Source: Podarcis muralis
Taxonomy: Eukaryota
Length of the DNA stretch: 64,000 bases
Direction: 5' to 3'
Assembly: GCF_964188315.1 (NCBI RefSeq)
Contig: NC_135667.1
Coordinates: 9,486,001-9,550,000, forward strand
Shown here: piece after piece, positions 38,426 to 51,027 of the stretch
How the letters are laid out: each line of letters begins with the position of its first letter
Position numbering within the stretch: position 1 is the first letter of the stretch
Notes under the pieces: model-generated
The model's input: only the letters and a program-made list of their open reading frames with translations
Databases searched by the model: none
Told to the model about the DNA's origin: nothing
Translations under genes and position numbers: made by a program

Positions 38426-38484
38426 CTTTGTGTTTAATAGGGAAAGGTTTTTGTGTGAGCTCAAGTTCAGTTTCCAACACTGTG

Positions 38485-38989
38485 TCTTTCGCTGGCACAG
38501 TAATATATGGCTGTGTCTTCTTGCTTCAGGCGGTTCATCTGAAGATAAAATCTGGAGCTGTCCTTGGAGACAGTGGAACGCCCTTTGATGGTTGCAGAGT
38601 AGGTATAGCTAGATGAGGATTGATAATGAACCAACCATTCCAGCCCTTTCCCTGGAGACTGACGGAGCCAGTGCATGTGAGCACTGCTAAGAGCAAATCC
38701 TGTTGTAGAACAAGTGAGCCTCACAGACTCTCCAGGCTTTTTTACTTCTGGCCCCGACTGGGTGAGAATAATCTGCAAACTGGCCCCTGAAGAGAATAGG
38801 CGAACATAGGTTAACCAGCTGAATTGTAAATAAATATTGTGGCTGGATCAGATTATTCTTTTTCTTGATTGGCATTTTGCTAAAAGAAATGCTACCAAAA
38901 TGCAATTGCTTGCTCAAAAATATCTGCTGAAAATTTTACTTACAAGAAAGCCCAGTTATGAAGATGAAGGAACTCAATAGCCAGAACAT
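38485..38989 (-). CDS. IGHV: V16: IGHV family Ib, apparently functional
   Basis: Leader 38989-38944 [15 protein letters not shown]; V exon from 38786 ...YYCASER; perfect RSS 38484-38446; degenerate octamer ATGTAAAA 39123-39116. Confidence 0.92.
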
Positions 38990-39239
38990 TGTGAACACTG
39001 AAACAAGGAACCCTCCTGGTGGCTGAAGCAGGTTCCGGGAAATCTTTGTGTGTTGTTACTTTTTTCCTGAGGAGGAGAAAAGTCGGCCTTTTAAAAGGAA
39101 GTGAGAGTGTATGAGTTTTACATATTCTGGGCAGGGTGAGGCATAGCTAAGGTGAAAAGGGTGGCAGGCAGTGGAGAGAAGGCCAAAATGCTAAGGTTTT
39201 CCAAGTGGGATATCCAAATGAACTTCAACCATCAGAAAT

Positions 39240-39508
39240 GCACACAAGGGACAATTAATTGATCTCTTACAGCTTCTGCCTTCTGGACGAAGGTATAGGG
39301 TTATAAAGACCAGGACTAGCCGCCTGAGAAACAGTTTCTCCCCAAATGCAATTCTGGTTCTAAACGCAGTATAAGGAGTCTCTATAGCATATTGTATTTT
39401 AAAATGGGGTTTCAGAGTTTTTAGGGGGTTTTAAATGTCTTATGTAGATTTTTCAATTTCAGTGTTCTGTATGGGACAATGACAATAAAGATATGGTATC
39501 ATATCATA
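39240..39508 (+). mobile_element. Rex1/Babar-like LINE 3' fragment (copies at ~51281-51545 and ~63186-63458)
   Basis: QLLPSGRRYRVIKTRTSRLRNSFSPNAILVLNAV* followed by AATAAA and a short (TATCA) tail. Confidence 0.7.
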
Positions 39509-40954
39509 ATTGGGAACTTCAAGTGAAAGGAATGAAGCTGTTCTTCATTGCAATGGAGCAGTGATGGGTGAGGGAAACTACCAGATTTTGACCCATGAGA
39601 CAGATCTATCCAGCTCCACAAGAACTGTTGAGTAGAAGAGCCTTGTCATGCTTCAGAGGTTTACCAAAATACTGTATATTCCAGTGACCAACCACTGAGA
39701 TCTATGGGATCCTCACAAGCAGGACATGAGTGAAATAGCCCTTTCTCTACTTGTGATTCCCAGCAAATGGTATGCAGGGGCCTATTGCCTCTTAGAGGGA
39801 CAGGGAGAGCATAACCACTGCAAGGTATAGACATTGATAGCCTTACCTTCCATGAATTTTAAAGCCTCCCAGTTTGTCATAACCCTACCAAAGTGCATTT
39901 GTCTATAGCTATCAGATGCAGCTTTCCATGGTTCTTTGACCTCCTGGGTTTTTGTGTGGAGGAAAACCACTGTGCTGCCCCATGCTCACAATGCTGAATT
40001 CTCGTACATAAAGGCTAACAGGGGACTAGAGAAACCAGCTGTGTGCTTCTCACAGCGGAGGTAAATTCAACATGCTTGGGCACACACAGATGTTAATGGC
40101 TGATCACTTGCGGGGGGAGGGAGAGGGTGGTTTTTTTTAGCAGACTTGGAGCACCACCACCCCACTTAAGAGCAGGTCTCTTGCACAATAGCACAGGACA
40201 ATGTTTTCATGCTTGAGGGAACGCACCAGCAGGATCCTCTGGTTTTCCGTGCCTTGTCATGTTGATCCATCTCTAGAAAGTCCAGTTCTAGCTAGTTAGA
40301 TAGCAGGGGTGTCAACTTGGCTGAAATATTGGAGGTATGCCCCAGCCGACATGATCAATCATATCATGTGGTGCACACACAACATTTGAATGGCAATGCC
40401 CATCAACTTCAGGGGGTCTGGCCTCCTAAAACGTTTTATGGAAGTGGGGTGAAGGGATATCAGCCCCTAGGAATTGGCTCCTATGGTGCAATGGGAATCA
40501 GCAAAATCAACACTGATGACATGGGCTGCCAGACGTAGGGATTTTCCCAGAAATTTCACCCAGACACTGCTTGAGGCTGCAGTTTTCTGGCTATGTCTGG
40601 GAAATTCCAGACATATGGCAACCCTATGCATACTGTATCTGTATATATCTGTATCTGAAAAGCCTACAAGCTGGAATATATTTTCAAGCTGTTTGCTGAG
40701 CCTGAGACTACTACTTCTACAGCAGCAAAAGATCTGAAATGTCCTCTACTTCCATGTGGTGACTGGTACTGTTAGCAAGATCTACATTTCCACCTTGTGT
40801 CTATCTCATATCAGATTCCCAGTGATTTCCCAAGTAACTATGAATAGAATTCTCTTGGTAATACTTAAATATCTGGTATTGATGTGTACTCCTAGGTCTT
40901 TGGTGTGGACACATATAAGCAGCTTTCCCTAACCAGGTGTCATCCAGATGTTTC

Positions 40955-41101
40955 CATAGAATCACAGAATTGTAGAGTTGAAAAGGACCCTGAGAATCAT
41001 CCAGTCCAACCCTCTGCAATGCAGGAATATGCAGCTGTCCCACAAGGGGATCAAACCTGCGACCTTGGCATCATCAGCACCATGTTTTAACCAACTGTCC
41101 A
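40955..41101 (-). mobile_element. Short tRNA-headed SINE with CR1-like tail (copy at ~52993-53140)
   Basis: Minus strand CAGTTGGTTAAAACATGGTGCTGA...GGTTTGATCCC head and TTCTGTGATTCTATG tail. Confidence 0.65.
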
Positions 41102-41142
41102 GACTGTACTACAACTTTCATCAGCTCTCGTCAGCATGGGGA

Positions 41143-41270
41143 NNNNNNNNNNNNNNNNNNNNNNNNNNNNNNNNNNNNNNNNNNNNNNNNNNNNNNNNNN
41201 NNNNNNNNNNNNNNNNNNNNNNNNNNNNNNNNNNNNNNNNNNNNNNNNNNNNNNNNNNNNNNNNNNNNNN
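41143..41270. other. Assembly gap (128 N)
   Basis: Run of N in the sequence. Confidence 1.
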
Positions 41271-42048
41271 CCATGCAACTTCATGGCTATTGTCAGTAGT
41301 AGACTGAAGAGGAATGGTGGAGGCCACCTCACCCCTTCTGAACCTTCCCGAGAAGAGGAGGACAGTATAGATTTACAATGGTGATTTGCAGAAGGTCATG
41401 ATTCTGAGACAGAAGGACAGAGCTGGGAGATAATGGAAGGGGGGGAGGGGGAAGCAGCAGAGCCAGAACAGCTGGCTGACACATTAGAAAGCATTCCAGA
41501 TCCCCCCTTCTCCTAGAACCAGACGGGCACTGAGGGTAGTAGAACAGAGATCTCTGTGACAGAAAGCTCACATTAGCCAATGCAGGAATGACGTAGAATA
41601 GGAGGGACGTAGGGGGTGCGACTTTACTTGGAACAACATCATTAGTGTGAGAGAAACTGCATTCTTTTGTCTCCCCCTGTGATTAGTGAATAAACTAAGT
41701 GGTAAGAACTCTTCATTGTTTTTCTCTGCTTCTTGCTGCCCCCCAGGGAGGGATATAATTCCCCGAAATCTGACAGCTATGCAGAATGTCATTATGTACG
41801 TACATAAATTATCATTGATGACTACAAATTTTGATAGGAACATACTTCTGAAATTCAAGGTTGCTGCGTTTAAAGGAAGGCTATTGCAATACGGATACTG
41901 TGGGATTGAATGCACCAGTGGTTCAGGAAATGAAATGTTTATAAAGAGGGTTCCCTTTCCAGCTGCAGTGCACAAAAATACACGTGTCACTGGTTTTCCA
42001 GAAGAGTAGTTTTTGCACGGCCTGTGAGAGACATTTTCTCTCCGTGTG

Positions 42049-42481
42049 TCTCTTGCACAGTAATACGTGGCGGAATCTTCCAGTTTCAGGCCACGCAGTT
42101 GCAGGAACACCTGATTTTTTGAGGTGTCTCTTGTGATGGTGATACGGTCCTGGAGACCACTGTTATATTTCACATTTCCATTGGACCAGATTCGTCCACT
42201 CCACACTAGACCTTTCCCAGGGGCCCAGTGGGCCCAATCCATCAGACTGCTTGCTACAGAAAATCCAGACACTGTACAAGTCAGTTGCATATTCTCTCCT
42301 GGCCTTTTGACACCACCACCAGACTCTGTAATGGTAACCTGGGATAAAACACCTGTATCAGCAGGAAAAAAAATAAGGAAGAATTAAGAAGAAGATGACT
42401 ATACAGGGAATCAATTGCTTGCAGAATTTCCTTACATGCTGGGAAGATCGTTAGGGATATGGTCAAGAGTGTTAATTCCAT
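42049..42481 (-). CDS. IGHV: V17: atypical family IV IGHV segment (open frame, off-spec RSS)
   Basis: Leader 42481-42436 MELTLLTISLTIFPA; V exon from 42352; both Cys present; FR2 WAHWAPGKGLVWSG; RSS CACACGG(42048-42042)-25-GCAAAAACT(42016-42008); octamer 42594-42587. Confidence 0.85.
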
Positions 42482-42642
42482 GACTTGAATGGTTGGCGAT
42501 AACTCACAGGACCTGAAGGGGAGCTGTATTCTTCTGAAAACCTTTGCATGCTCTGTTTCCTTTAATGAAGCCCAAAACTAAGAATCATTTGCATGATAGC
42601 ACAAATGCCACTTATAAAGGAGAACCTCCAGGATCTGACTAG

Positions 42643-43175
42643 AAAGGTAAAGGTAAAGGACCCCTAGATGGTTAAGTCCAGTCAAAGGCGACTATGGGGT
42701 TGTGGCGCTCATCTTGATTCAGGCCGAGGGAGCCGGGTCATGTGCCCAGCATGACTAAACCGCTTCTGGGGCAACGGAAGACTGTGATGGAAAGCACAGC
42801 ACACAGAAACGCCATTTACATTCCCACTACAGCAGTACTTATTTATCTACTTGCAGTGGTGTGCGTTCGAACTGCTAGGTTGGCAGGAGCTGGGACAGAG
42901 CAATGGGAGCTCACCCCCATTGTGGGGAACCAGGCAGAGGGTCTTCTGGTGGTGCCAGAAGTGGTGCCCGCCCTGTGGAAAGCCCTCCCATCAGATGTCA
43001 AAGAGATAAACAACTACCTGACATTCAGAAGACATCTGAAGGCAGCCCTGTTCAGGGAAGTTGTTAATGTGTGACATTTTAGTGTATTTTTTTGTCTTTG
43101 ATGGAAGCCGCCCAGAATGTTTGGGGAAACCCAGCCAGATGGGCAGGTTACAAATAATAAATTATTAGTAGTGGT
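42643..43175. mobile_element. Composite: partial reverse Sauria SINE (42643-42917) fused to an L2 3' end (42918-43175)
   Basis: SINE AAAGGTAAAGG...GGGAGCTCACCCC joined to CATTGTG/GGGAACCAGGCAGAGG; the L2 part matches 26243-26514. Confidence 0.8.
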
Positions 43176-43332
43176 ATGCCTAGTGTTGACTTCTGCTTGA
43201 TTACCACCGCATCCCACAGGACCACCCACTTCTACCAAACAGCTATTGAATATTCATGTATTTTATTTAAATGAAGAAATCAGTAGTCAAATTGATTATA
43301 TATTTGGCTTCTATGGTATTATGTTGTTGTAA

Positions 43333-43368
<36 letters not shown>

Positions 43369-43741
43369 CCTCAGGTTTCCTCCCAGCAGCTCAAGGTTGC
43401 ATGCTGGGTTCTTCTTTCCCCTGTTATATCCTCAGAACAACCCTATGTTGTAGTTTAGGCTCAGAGATGGACTCAAGGTCACCCAGTGCAACATCTTAAC
43501 ACCCAATAATTTTCACTGGAAAATATCTGGACTAGGGTTTGAGTCAACAACATCTGCTCTGAAACACCATCAGAAGTTCCTCTGAGTTTTACAAGATCTG
43601 TGGAAAATATATGATTTGCTTGATCACCCAACAGAAATCCCAACAGCTTTTTCAACCCTTAGAAGCCAGCTGATTCTTTCTCTTTATACTATTCTCCAAA
43701 TGGGTTTTTGTGCAAACTCAGATTCACTTTCCACCACTGTG

Positions 43742-44189
43742 TTCTCTAGCACAATAATACATGCCGGTATCTTCAGCTTTCAGACCAGTCATATGTAGAT
43801 AGATCAGCTTCTTGGAACTGTCTGTGGAGGTTGTGAACCGTCCTTTAGCAGAATCTGCATAATTTGTTCTGCCCGCATTAATTCGTGAGAGCCATTTGAG
43901 TCCCTTTCCAGGAGCTTGATAGACCCAGTGCATCCAGTAGCTGTCTATGTTGAATCCTGATGTTGTACATGTGAGTCGAAGGGACTCTCCAGGTCTTTTT
44001 ACATCCCCACCAGATTCCACCAGAGAATCTGCATGGACACCTAGAAAGAGAGAGAGATTTGAGTTGCAAACCTTACATATGTGGATTATAAAGGCTTCCT
44101 GATAAATCACACCAACTGCATTCCAACCAAAGGGATTAAGTACCTTTGAAAATGAAGAAGCTAAATATGAAATGTATCCACAGAAACAT
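43742..44189 (-). CDS. IGHV: V18: IGHV family III, apparently functional
   Basis: Leader 44189-44144; V exon from 44040; perfect RSS 43741-43703; octamer 44319-44312. Confidence 0.92.
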
Positions 44190-44742
44190 TTCTACTGGAT
44201 TGTTTGGATGGAAAGCTGGTGTCTGTCTAACAGGATGAGGATATTTCCACAAGCTCACCTGGAACCCAGAGCAAGAGGACGGCTCGGGTTTAAAGCGTGG
44301 ACTGTTCAATTATTTGCATATCCTCCTCTATATATAATATTTCCCAGAGGAGCTTTTTCAGTTGAAATGCTTCTCAGCCCTTAATGCTTTTGTTTCCATT
44401 TGCCTCTATACACATTGCCTTTGTGATTTTGTAAGCAGAACTTTTGGTCTGACATATTTTGCCCCAACATTAAAGACACATTATTTATATACTTTATTCT
44501 ATACTATCAATATTATACGATCTCTCCTCTGAATTTTTTTTATGCCTGCCAATGCAAACAACAGAACTCCTGAATTATAATAGAATATCATCTTTAAAAT
44601 GCCAATGAATCGAACAATAAAATTGTAAGGAAACAAAAGACAGGAGGTAGAAATAGATGATGAAAACAGTGATGATAGTATTCCTATTTCTAAATGGAAA
44701 AATAAGGGACTTCTAAAATATGGAGTAACATGTACCTAAGTA

Positions 44743-44988
44743 CTGTGGTACCTCGGGTTACGAACACCTCAGGTTACAAACACTTTGGGTTGCAGACTCC
44801 GCTAACCCGGAAGTAGTACCTCAGGTTAAGAACTTTGTTCCAGGATGAGAACAGAAATTGTGCGCTGATGGCGCCATGGCAGCGGGAGGCCCCATTAACT
44901 TAAGTGGTACCTCAGGTTAAGAATGAATGGTTTCAGGTTAAGAACGGACCTCCAGAATGAATTAAGTTCATAACCAGTGATACCACTG
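44743..44988. mobile_element. Tc1/mariner-type MITE, same insertion site as 33104-33345
   Basis: Same site and TIR family, TA target duplication. Confidence 0.85.
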
Positions 44989-45361
44989 TAGTTTATAATG
45001 TGCTCTTTTGCAATGAAAAGTTGTTTTGGTTTCCATTTGTATATTCTTAAGGGTTGGCAAGTCAGTGGCGGACCTTGGCATCTCAAATTTCAGTGGTACC
45101 CTGTGTTACTCCAAAATCCGGCACCTTCCATTTGACATCATTGCTGTGGCACCTGCTGTGGAGTCCCAGAAGCTCTGCATCCATTGTGGCCAAACCTGTC
45201 ATGCTCCCCTGGATCTCTCTTTGTGTGAGTCCTTTGGCTAAAACTGTTGATGTTCCATCACTAAAGCTTCAGAGAAGCTAATGCCTTACAAACTTCTTAT
45301 ATTGTCCCCCCCCCCCACACACACTGTACCTTTTTTATAATGCCTTATTATTACAATTACA

Positions 45362-45722
45362 GGGACGCGGGTGGCGCTGTGGGTAAAAGCCTCAGTGCCT
45401 AGGACTTGCCGATCGAAAGGTTGGCGGTTCGAATCCCCGCGGCGGGGTTCGCTCCCGTCGCTCGGTCCCAGCGCCTGCCAACGTAGCAGTTCGAAAGCAC
45501 CCCCGGGTGCAAGTAGATAAATAGGGACCACTTACTAGCGGGAAGGTAAACGGTGTTCCGTGTGCTGCGCTGGCTCGCCAGATGCAGCTTGTCACGCTGG
45601 CCACGTGACCCGGAAGTGTCTGCGGACAGCGCAGGCCCCCGGCCTCTTAAGTAAGATGGGCGCACAACCCTAGAGTCTGTCAAGACTGGCCCGTATGGGC
45701 AGGGGTACCTTTACCTTTACCT
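45362..45722 (+). mobile_element. Full-length Sauria SINE unique to unit D
   Basis: GGGACGCGGGTGGCGC head, (ACCTTT)n tail, TSD TTATTATTACAATT; empty site in unit C near 33700. Confidence 0.9.
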
Positions 45723-46065
45723 TTATTATTACAATTGGGTTTTTTTAATGTATATGTTACTGTTGCAAGGAGAACTGATCAGTATTAGACATAGGCAGAA
45801 ATAATACTTTTTTGGTGTTGCTTTCTTCCCAGCTATTGCACAAATGTGAGCTTTGACCTCCCATCTACACGCTAGCATCAGGAACAGTTGCTGTGGATTG
45901 TAGCATTATGATATCTATTGACAGATGTGTGTTGTATTACTATGGGAATTTATTCTGAGAATAGACAGTAAATCAATTTATTATTTATTGTTTGGGACAA
46001 AATGTACTTAACTGCCCCTGGGACCTTGGTGTATCAGGCAGCATATAAATTCTAAAAACAACAAC

Positions 46066-46121
<56 letters not shown>

Positions 46122-46324
46122 TTGCACTCCCATAAGGACTTGTCTAGCAGGAAAATAAAACCAGGGTAACTCAATTGATTTATTTGATCCCAAGAGCTTT
46201 GGAGGCTAGGATAAGGAGTTTCTGCCACATTTGTGGATAGATCGGGAACCAATGTAGAGAGACTTGATATGTATTTATTTGCTTGTGGTTTATTCAGCAC
46301 AATCATTTGAACTGAAAGCTCTTC

Positions 46325-46339
46325 AGTGCCACCTGCAGT
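46325..46339 (-). promoter_or_regulatory. Putative CTCF-binding element downstream of the V19 RSS
   Basis: ACTGCAGGTGGCACT, 20 bp 3' of the nonamer. Confidence 0.65.
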
Positions 46340-46398
46340 TTTTTAATTTAATACACAAAGGTTTTTGTCTGAGCTTGAGTTCATTTTCCACTACTGTG

Positions 46399-46900
46399 TG
46401 TCTGGCACAGTAATAGACGGCTGTGTCTTCTGGCTTCAGGCTGTTCATTTGAAGATAAAGGTTGGTGCTGTCCTTGGAGGCAGTGAAACGCCCCTGGATG
46501 GTTGGGGAATAGTAGCTGCTGGATGGGCTGAGATAGTGAACCAGCCATTCCAGCCCTTTTCCCGGAGACTGCCGGACCCAGTTCATCCAATAGCTGCTAA
46601 GAGCAAAACCTTTCGTGGCACAGGTTAACCTCACAGATTCTCCAGGCTTTTTCATTTCTGAACCTGACTGAGTGAGGACAATCTGTGAACTGGCCCCTGC
46701 AGAGAGAAGAGACACACTGCTTAACTGTGTGCAATTTAAAGCAAACGCACAAAAACAGGCTTCTCCTCTGGATTAACAGAGTGACCCATTGTAGAATTAG
46801 CTCCCCACCCACCCCTATGTATATACAATAAAGATTTTAAAATGTATAACTTACATGGCAATCTGCTTATAAAGAAGAGGAAATTTAACAGCCACAGCAT
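46399..46900 (-). CDS. IGHV: V19: IGHV family Ia, apparently functional
   Basis: Leader 46900-46855; V exon from 46696; RSS CACAGTA(46398-46392)-23-ACAAAAACC(46368-46360); octamer ATGCAAAA 47024-47017. Confidence 0.94.
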
Positions 46901-47759
46901 TTTTTAAAAAAAGTATAATGGAAGTGTTGAGGACTCAAAGAAATTACTGAAGCAGATATTTGATTCAGTCTGAGGGGGCTGGTGTCAACCTTTAAAGGTG
47001 AAATGAAAGCTTTCGTTTTTGCATATTTTGGGCGGGCCTGGAAACCTCTGATATGAAAGAGATGTGGTTCACTGGATCTGAGCTTAAGCATTACATTGCT
47101 CAACTGATAGTTCCCTCCTGGTTTAACAATCAAGTCCCCCCCCCCACTGGGAACTCTGGGTATTGTTGGTCTGTGAGAGGAATAGGGGTTGCCTCACCAC
47201 TCTCAGCACCCTTAACAAACTACAGTTCCCAGGATTCTCTAGTGTAGCCACAACAGTTTAAAGTGGTTTGATCCTGTGTAAAATATAAAACGCAGATGGA
47301 GTGTAGGATAGCATCTTGTGTCTGAGGCAAGTTATCTTCAGATCCTGTTTGTGTTTTTCTTGCATATACACCACCACCGCATCACAAGAGTTCTCTGAGT
47401 TAGCTCACAAAGCATAGTGCAGATAAACACAAACAAACCCAAATGTTAGTATATTTTTAAAAACTTGAAATATTCCCAATTAAATTTTAAAAATCATAAC
47501 ACAAATGGGAAGATGGAGTTATAAAATATGTTGTTTAAAATGTCTGGATGTATACAATAAGCTTCACTTGGTCCCAAAAAAGACCATAAAGATGATGCAA
47601 ATCATTGGGAAGGTGACAACATAAGTGGGGTACCAAAAGGGGGGTACTCTCACTTAAGGTTTTCCATCTCACTCATTTGGTGGAGGTGCTCAGAAGAAAC
47701 TAGTGGTTCAGCAGCTAATTCTATACCTCAACAATCTCTCACTGGTTCATAGGTCCAAT

Positions 47760-47938
47760 TAGTGCTTTTTTCTTCTTCTAAAAAAAAATGTTTAGGGATA
47801 CTCTCAATTTCACTCAAGAAAATCACCATTTTATAGTTCAAATCGAGGGAAAGAAACACAGTAAATGGACAAATGGACAAAGATTCACAAAATGTTTAGG
47901 GGTATGTGTACCCCTGCATCCCTCCAGAAAAAGCACTG
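47760..47938. mobile_element. hAT-type MITE (paralogous copies at 35724-35897 and 59265-59430)
   Basis: TIR (T/C)AGTGCTTTTT...AAAAAGCACTG with 8-bp TSD GGTCCAAT (47752-47759 and 47939-47946). Confidence 0.8.
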
Positions 47939-48588
47939 GGTCCAATCCACCCTATTCCATTCCATTTCACCCCATCCATTCTGTTCTACTGTGTTTTGGA
48001 TATATTTTGGGCACACTTTTTCCCCACAACATACACATTTCTTCAGTTTTCTTCAACACATTCACTAGTAGAATATGCGTTCTGTACTCATCTTTTCTGT
48101 AAAACACTATTTTTCATGTGCACATGAAGAATGCAAAATATGGAGACATGTATAATCTAACTGACGGTTGTCTCCCTATCCACAAAGGAACTTCAAGAGT
48201 GATGGATTGGGTTAGTCCATCTAACAAAACAGGCCAAGCAGATTCCTCTCTGTACTTTGCTGTGAAAAGCGTGAAGTGGCCAGACACTCAGAAAATGGGA
48301 CAGTCTAATCTCATTTCAGAGAAAGGCAGTGTCCCTGGGTCATGTGACTCAAAGAGTAGGTATGTTGGACTTGAAGAAGAAGACAAGTTTCCACTTCAAT
48401 GAACTGGGTATATGGGTATATACCCTTGGGTATATGGAAAGAATATTTAGTTAGAGAGCTAGATTGTGAGACTAAGAAGAGAAACTCTCTCAATTTTAAG
48501 CAAAAATTGAAATTGGCTATCTCTTTTGGCTGACTAGCTTAGAAATTGAAAGAACTTCAAAAGAAAGTGCGAAAGTGTGAAAGTGTGA

Positions 48589-48620
<32 letters not shown>

Positions 48621-49925
48621 GGACAAACCGCAGATGAAAAGATTGGGTGGTGCAGGAGAGGGCCAGATGAAAGTGAAACATTAAATTTGTGCATCCTGTA
48701 TTCATCTGTTTCAAAAGAGCAGTTCCTAGACACCTGCTTCCTCTGGTTAATGGAGATTTCTCTCTCTAGTATCTCCTCTACTTGTGGTTTTGTGGTTTCT
48801 ATCATTTTCTAAGTACCTGCTGTTCTGTGGGGTTCCTCAGTCTCCACTACCATGGATCACGAGTGCCGCCATCAGCAAGTCATTGGTATAGCTTATGTAA
48901 CAAAAGGTTGTTTTTCCTCCCCGTCCACTGATTCCATATAAATCCCGACTGGATTCCTATCACTATGCAGTTCTTGTATACCGATCTCTGGCACCACTTT
49001 AGCTAATGGGGCCTCCTGCTGCTGCCACGCCGCCGGAGCACGATTTCTGTTCTCAACCTGAAGCAAAGTTCTTAACCTGAAGCACTATTTCTGGGTTAGC
49101 GGAGTATGTAACCTGAAGCGTATGTAACCTGAGGTACCACTGTACCCAAGAACCAACACTGGCAGAGTCTGGCAGAGGGAAAACAAGCCTTTAAAACAGA
49201 GTTTGAGTTACACAACCTTTTCCCTAGGTTCATTTATGATAGGTTGTCAGGTCATGTGACTGAGATGAATGGGCTTAGTATCCCTCTAAATTCCCTATCC
49301 TCTTGTGCCACCCCACCGTGCTCATGCAATGCCCCTTTTTCCAGGCTTAAGGGCCACTGAATAGTGGAGGGGAGTGTAGGTCTGTTGTGCAGCCAATGAT
49401 TTGCATGGAGCAGGTCTCTGGTTCAATTCCTGCCTCTTCCAATTCAAAATGGGGGAAAGTCCTCCTTGGAGATGTGGTGCCAGCCAGCGTTGACCAAGAG
49501 TGGTGATTCTGTGGCCCTGCAGTTGACCTGGGACTTCAACTTCCACAAGCCCCAGCAGGCTGAAGCAATAGACATGGGTGATGGAGGTCACAGTGCAACA
49601 TCATCTGGAAGTCCACAAGTTCATCATCCTTACTGTAGACAATCCCAAGTTACATGGATCTGTGGGTCTGACTATAAGACCTCATTGTGTGTTCCTATGT
49701 TATGATCCATGCTAAGTCGTTTCTGAGGATCCCTGTATTGCAGAATTAATTTCCTACTTGTAGCTATTTAACACAGGATTCTGTTATGTTATGTCATTCA
49801 TGCATTTGAAAGTAGAGGAAATGAACAGGCAGAAAAGCAGTGTTGTTTCCAGTGGTTAGACACAAACAGATGCAGGACTGAAGCCTGGTTTTCCGTTAAA
49901 CTGGATGTTCAGCCCTTGCGCTGTG

Positions 49926-50130
49926 TGTCTTGCACAGTAATATATGGCAGTGTCTTCAGGCTTCAAGCTACTTAATTCCAGAAACACCTGGCCTTTGGAA
50001 GAGACCCTTGTGATGGTGACCCTATTTTGGAGCCCGTTGTTATAGTTATGGTCTGCATTATGCCTCATTTCTCCAATCCACTCCAGCCCTTTTCCAGGTG
50101 GTCGACGGATTCAGTTTATGCTGGTGTCAT
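49926..50130 (-). pseudogene. IGHV: V20: leaderless family IV pseudo-V
   Basis: Paralog of V15 with the same Trp-to-TGA change; RSS CACAGCG(49925-49919)-23-CGGAAAACC(49895-49887). Confidence 0.85.
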
Positions 50131-50445
50131 AACAATAGATATGTAGCAGTGGTGCTGCCAAGGTCCTGAATTCCAGCAAAAATGAATCCCTTGATGGATC
50201 ATTGATAAGAAATACTGGGGCCTTAGGTAGACTGTGGAGGGATTCAAAGAATGTGCTTTCCTGGTGTTGATTAGGGTGATGTGTGTCACTGTGTGTTCCC
50301 TGCTTTGGAAAAGCATTTTCCTTTTGCTATGATTTGTTTTGTTGCACCAGCAACCCCTATTCTTCCCTCGAGGGACTAATATAGAGACTTTATGAGAATC
50401 GTATTGTGTTCAGTTTGGTGCAATCATTCTAGCTGAAAGCTCTCC

Positions 50446-50460
50446 AGTGCCACCTGTGGT
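50446..50460 (-). promoter_or_regulatory. Putative CTCF-binding element downstream of the V21 RSS
   Basis: ACCACAGGTGGCACT, 20 bp 3' of the nonamer. Confidence 0.6.
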
Positions 50461-50519
50461 CTTTGTGTTTAATAGGGAAAGGTTTTTGTGTGAGCTCAAG
50501 TTCAGTTTCCAACACTGTG

Positions 50520-51027
50520 TCTTTCTCTGGCACAGTAATATATGGCTGTGTCTTCTTGCTTCAGGCGGTTCATCTGAAGATAAAATCTGGAGCTGTCCTT
50601 GGAGACAGTGGAACGCCCTTTGATGGTTGCAGAGTAGGTATAGCTAGATGAGGATTGATAATGAACCAACCATTCCAGCCCTTTCCCTGGAGACTGACGG
50701 AGCCAGTGCATGTGAGCACTGCTAAGAGCAAATCCTGTTGTAGAACAAGTGAGCCTCACAGACTCTCCAGGCTTTTTTACTTCTGGCCCCGACTGGGTGA
50801 GAACAGCCTGCAAACTGGCCCCTGAAAAGAGTAGAGGTGAACATAGGTTAACTAGCTGAATTTGTAAATAAATATTGTGGCTGGATCAGATTATTATTTT
50901 TCTTGAATGGCATTTTGCTAAAAGAAATGCTACCAAAATGCAATTGCTTGCTCAAAAATATCTGCTGAAAATTTTACTTACAAGAAAGCCCAGTTATGAA
51001 GATGAAGGAACTCAATAGCCAGAACAT
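50520..51027 (-). CDS. IGHV: V21: IGHV family Ib, apparently functional
   Basis: Leader 51027-50982; V exon from 50821 ...YYCARER; perfect RSS 50519-50481; octamer ATGTAAAA 51161-51154. Confidence 0.92.

Larger units (their letters stand above)
31506..43175. repeat. Duplication unit C: ~11.7-kb five-V cassette (III, Ia, psi-IV, Ib, atypical IV)
   Basis: Colinear with 43176-55127 at an offset of ~12.0 kb (V14 to V19, V16 to V21). Confidence 0.9.

Noticed and set aside
41606-41619. Reverse-orientation CTCF-like GACGTAGGGGGTGC near a CCAAT/TGACGT cluster
   Set aside because: Mismatch at a key core position, ~390 bp from the RSS, and the adjacent cluster is deleted in the unit D paralog; too weak to call.
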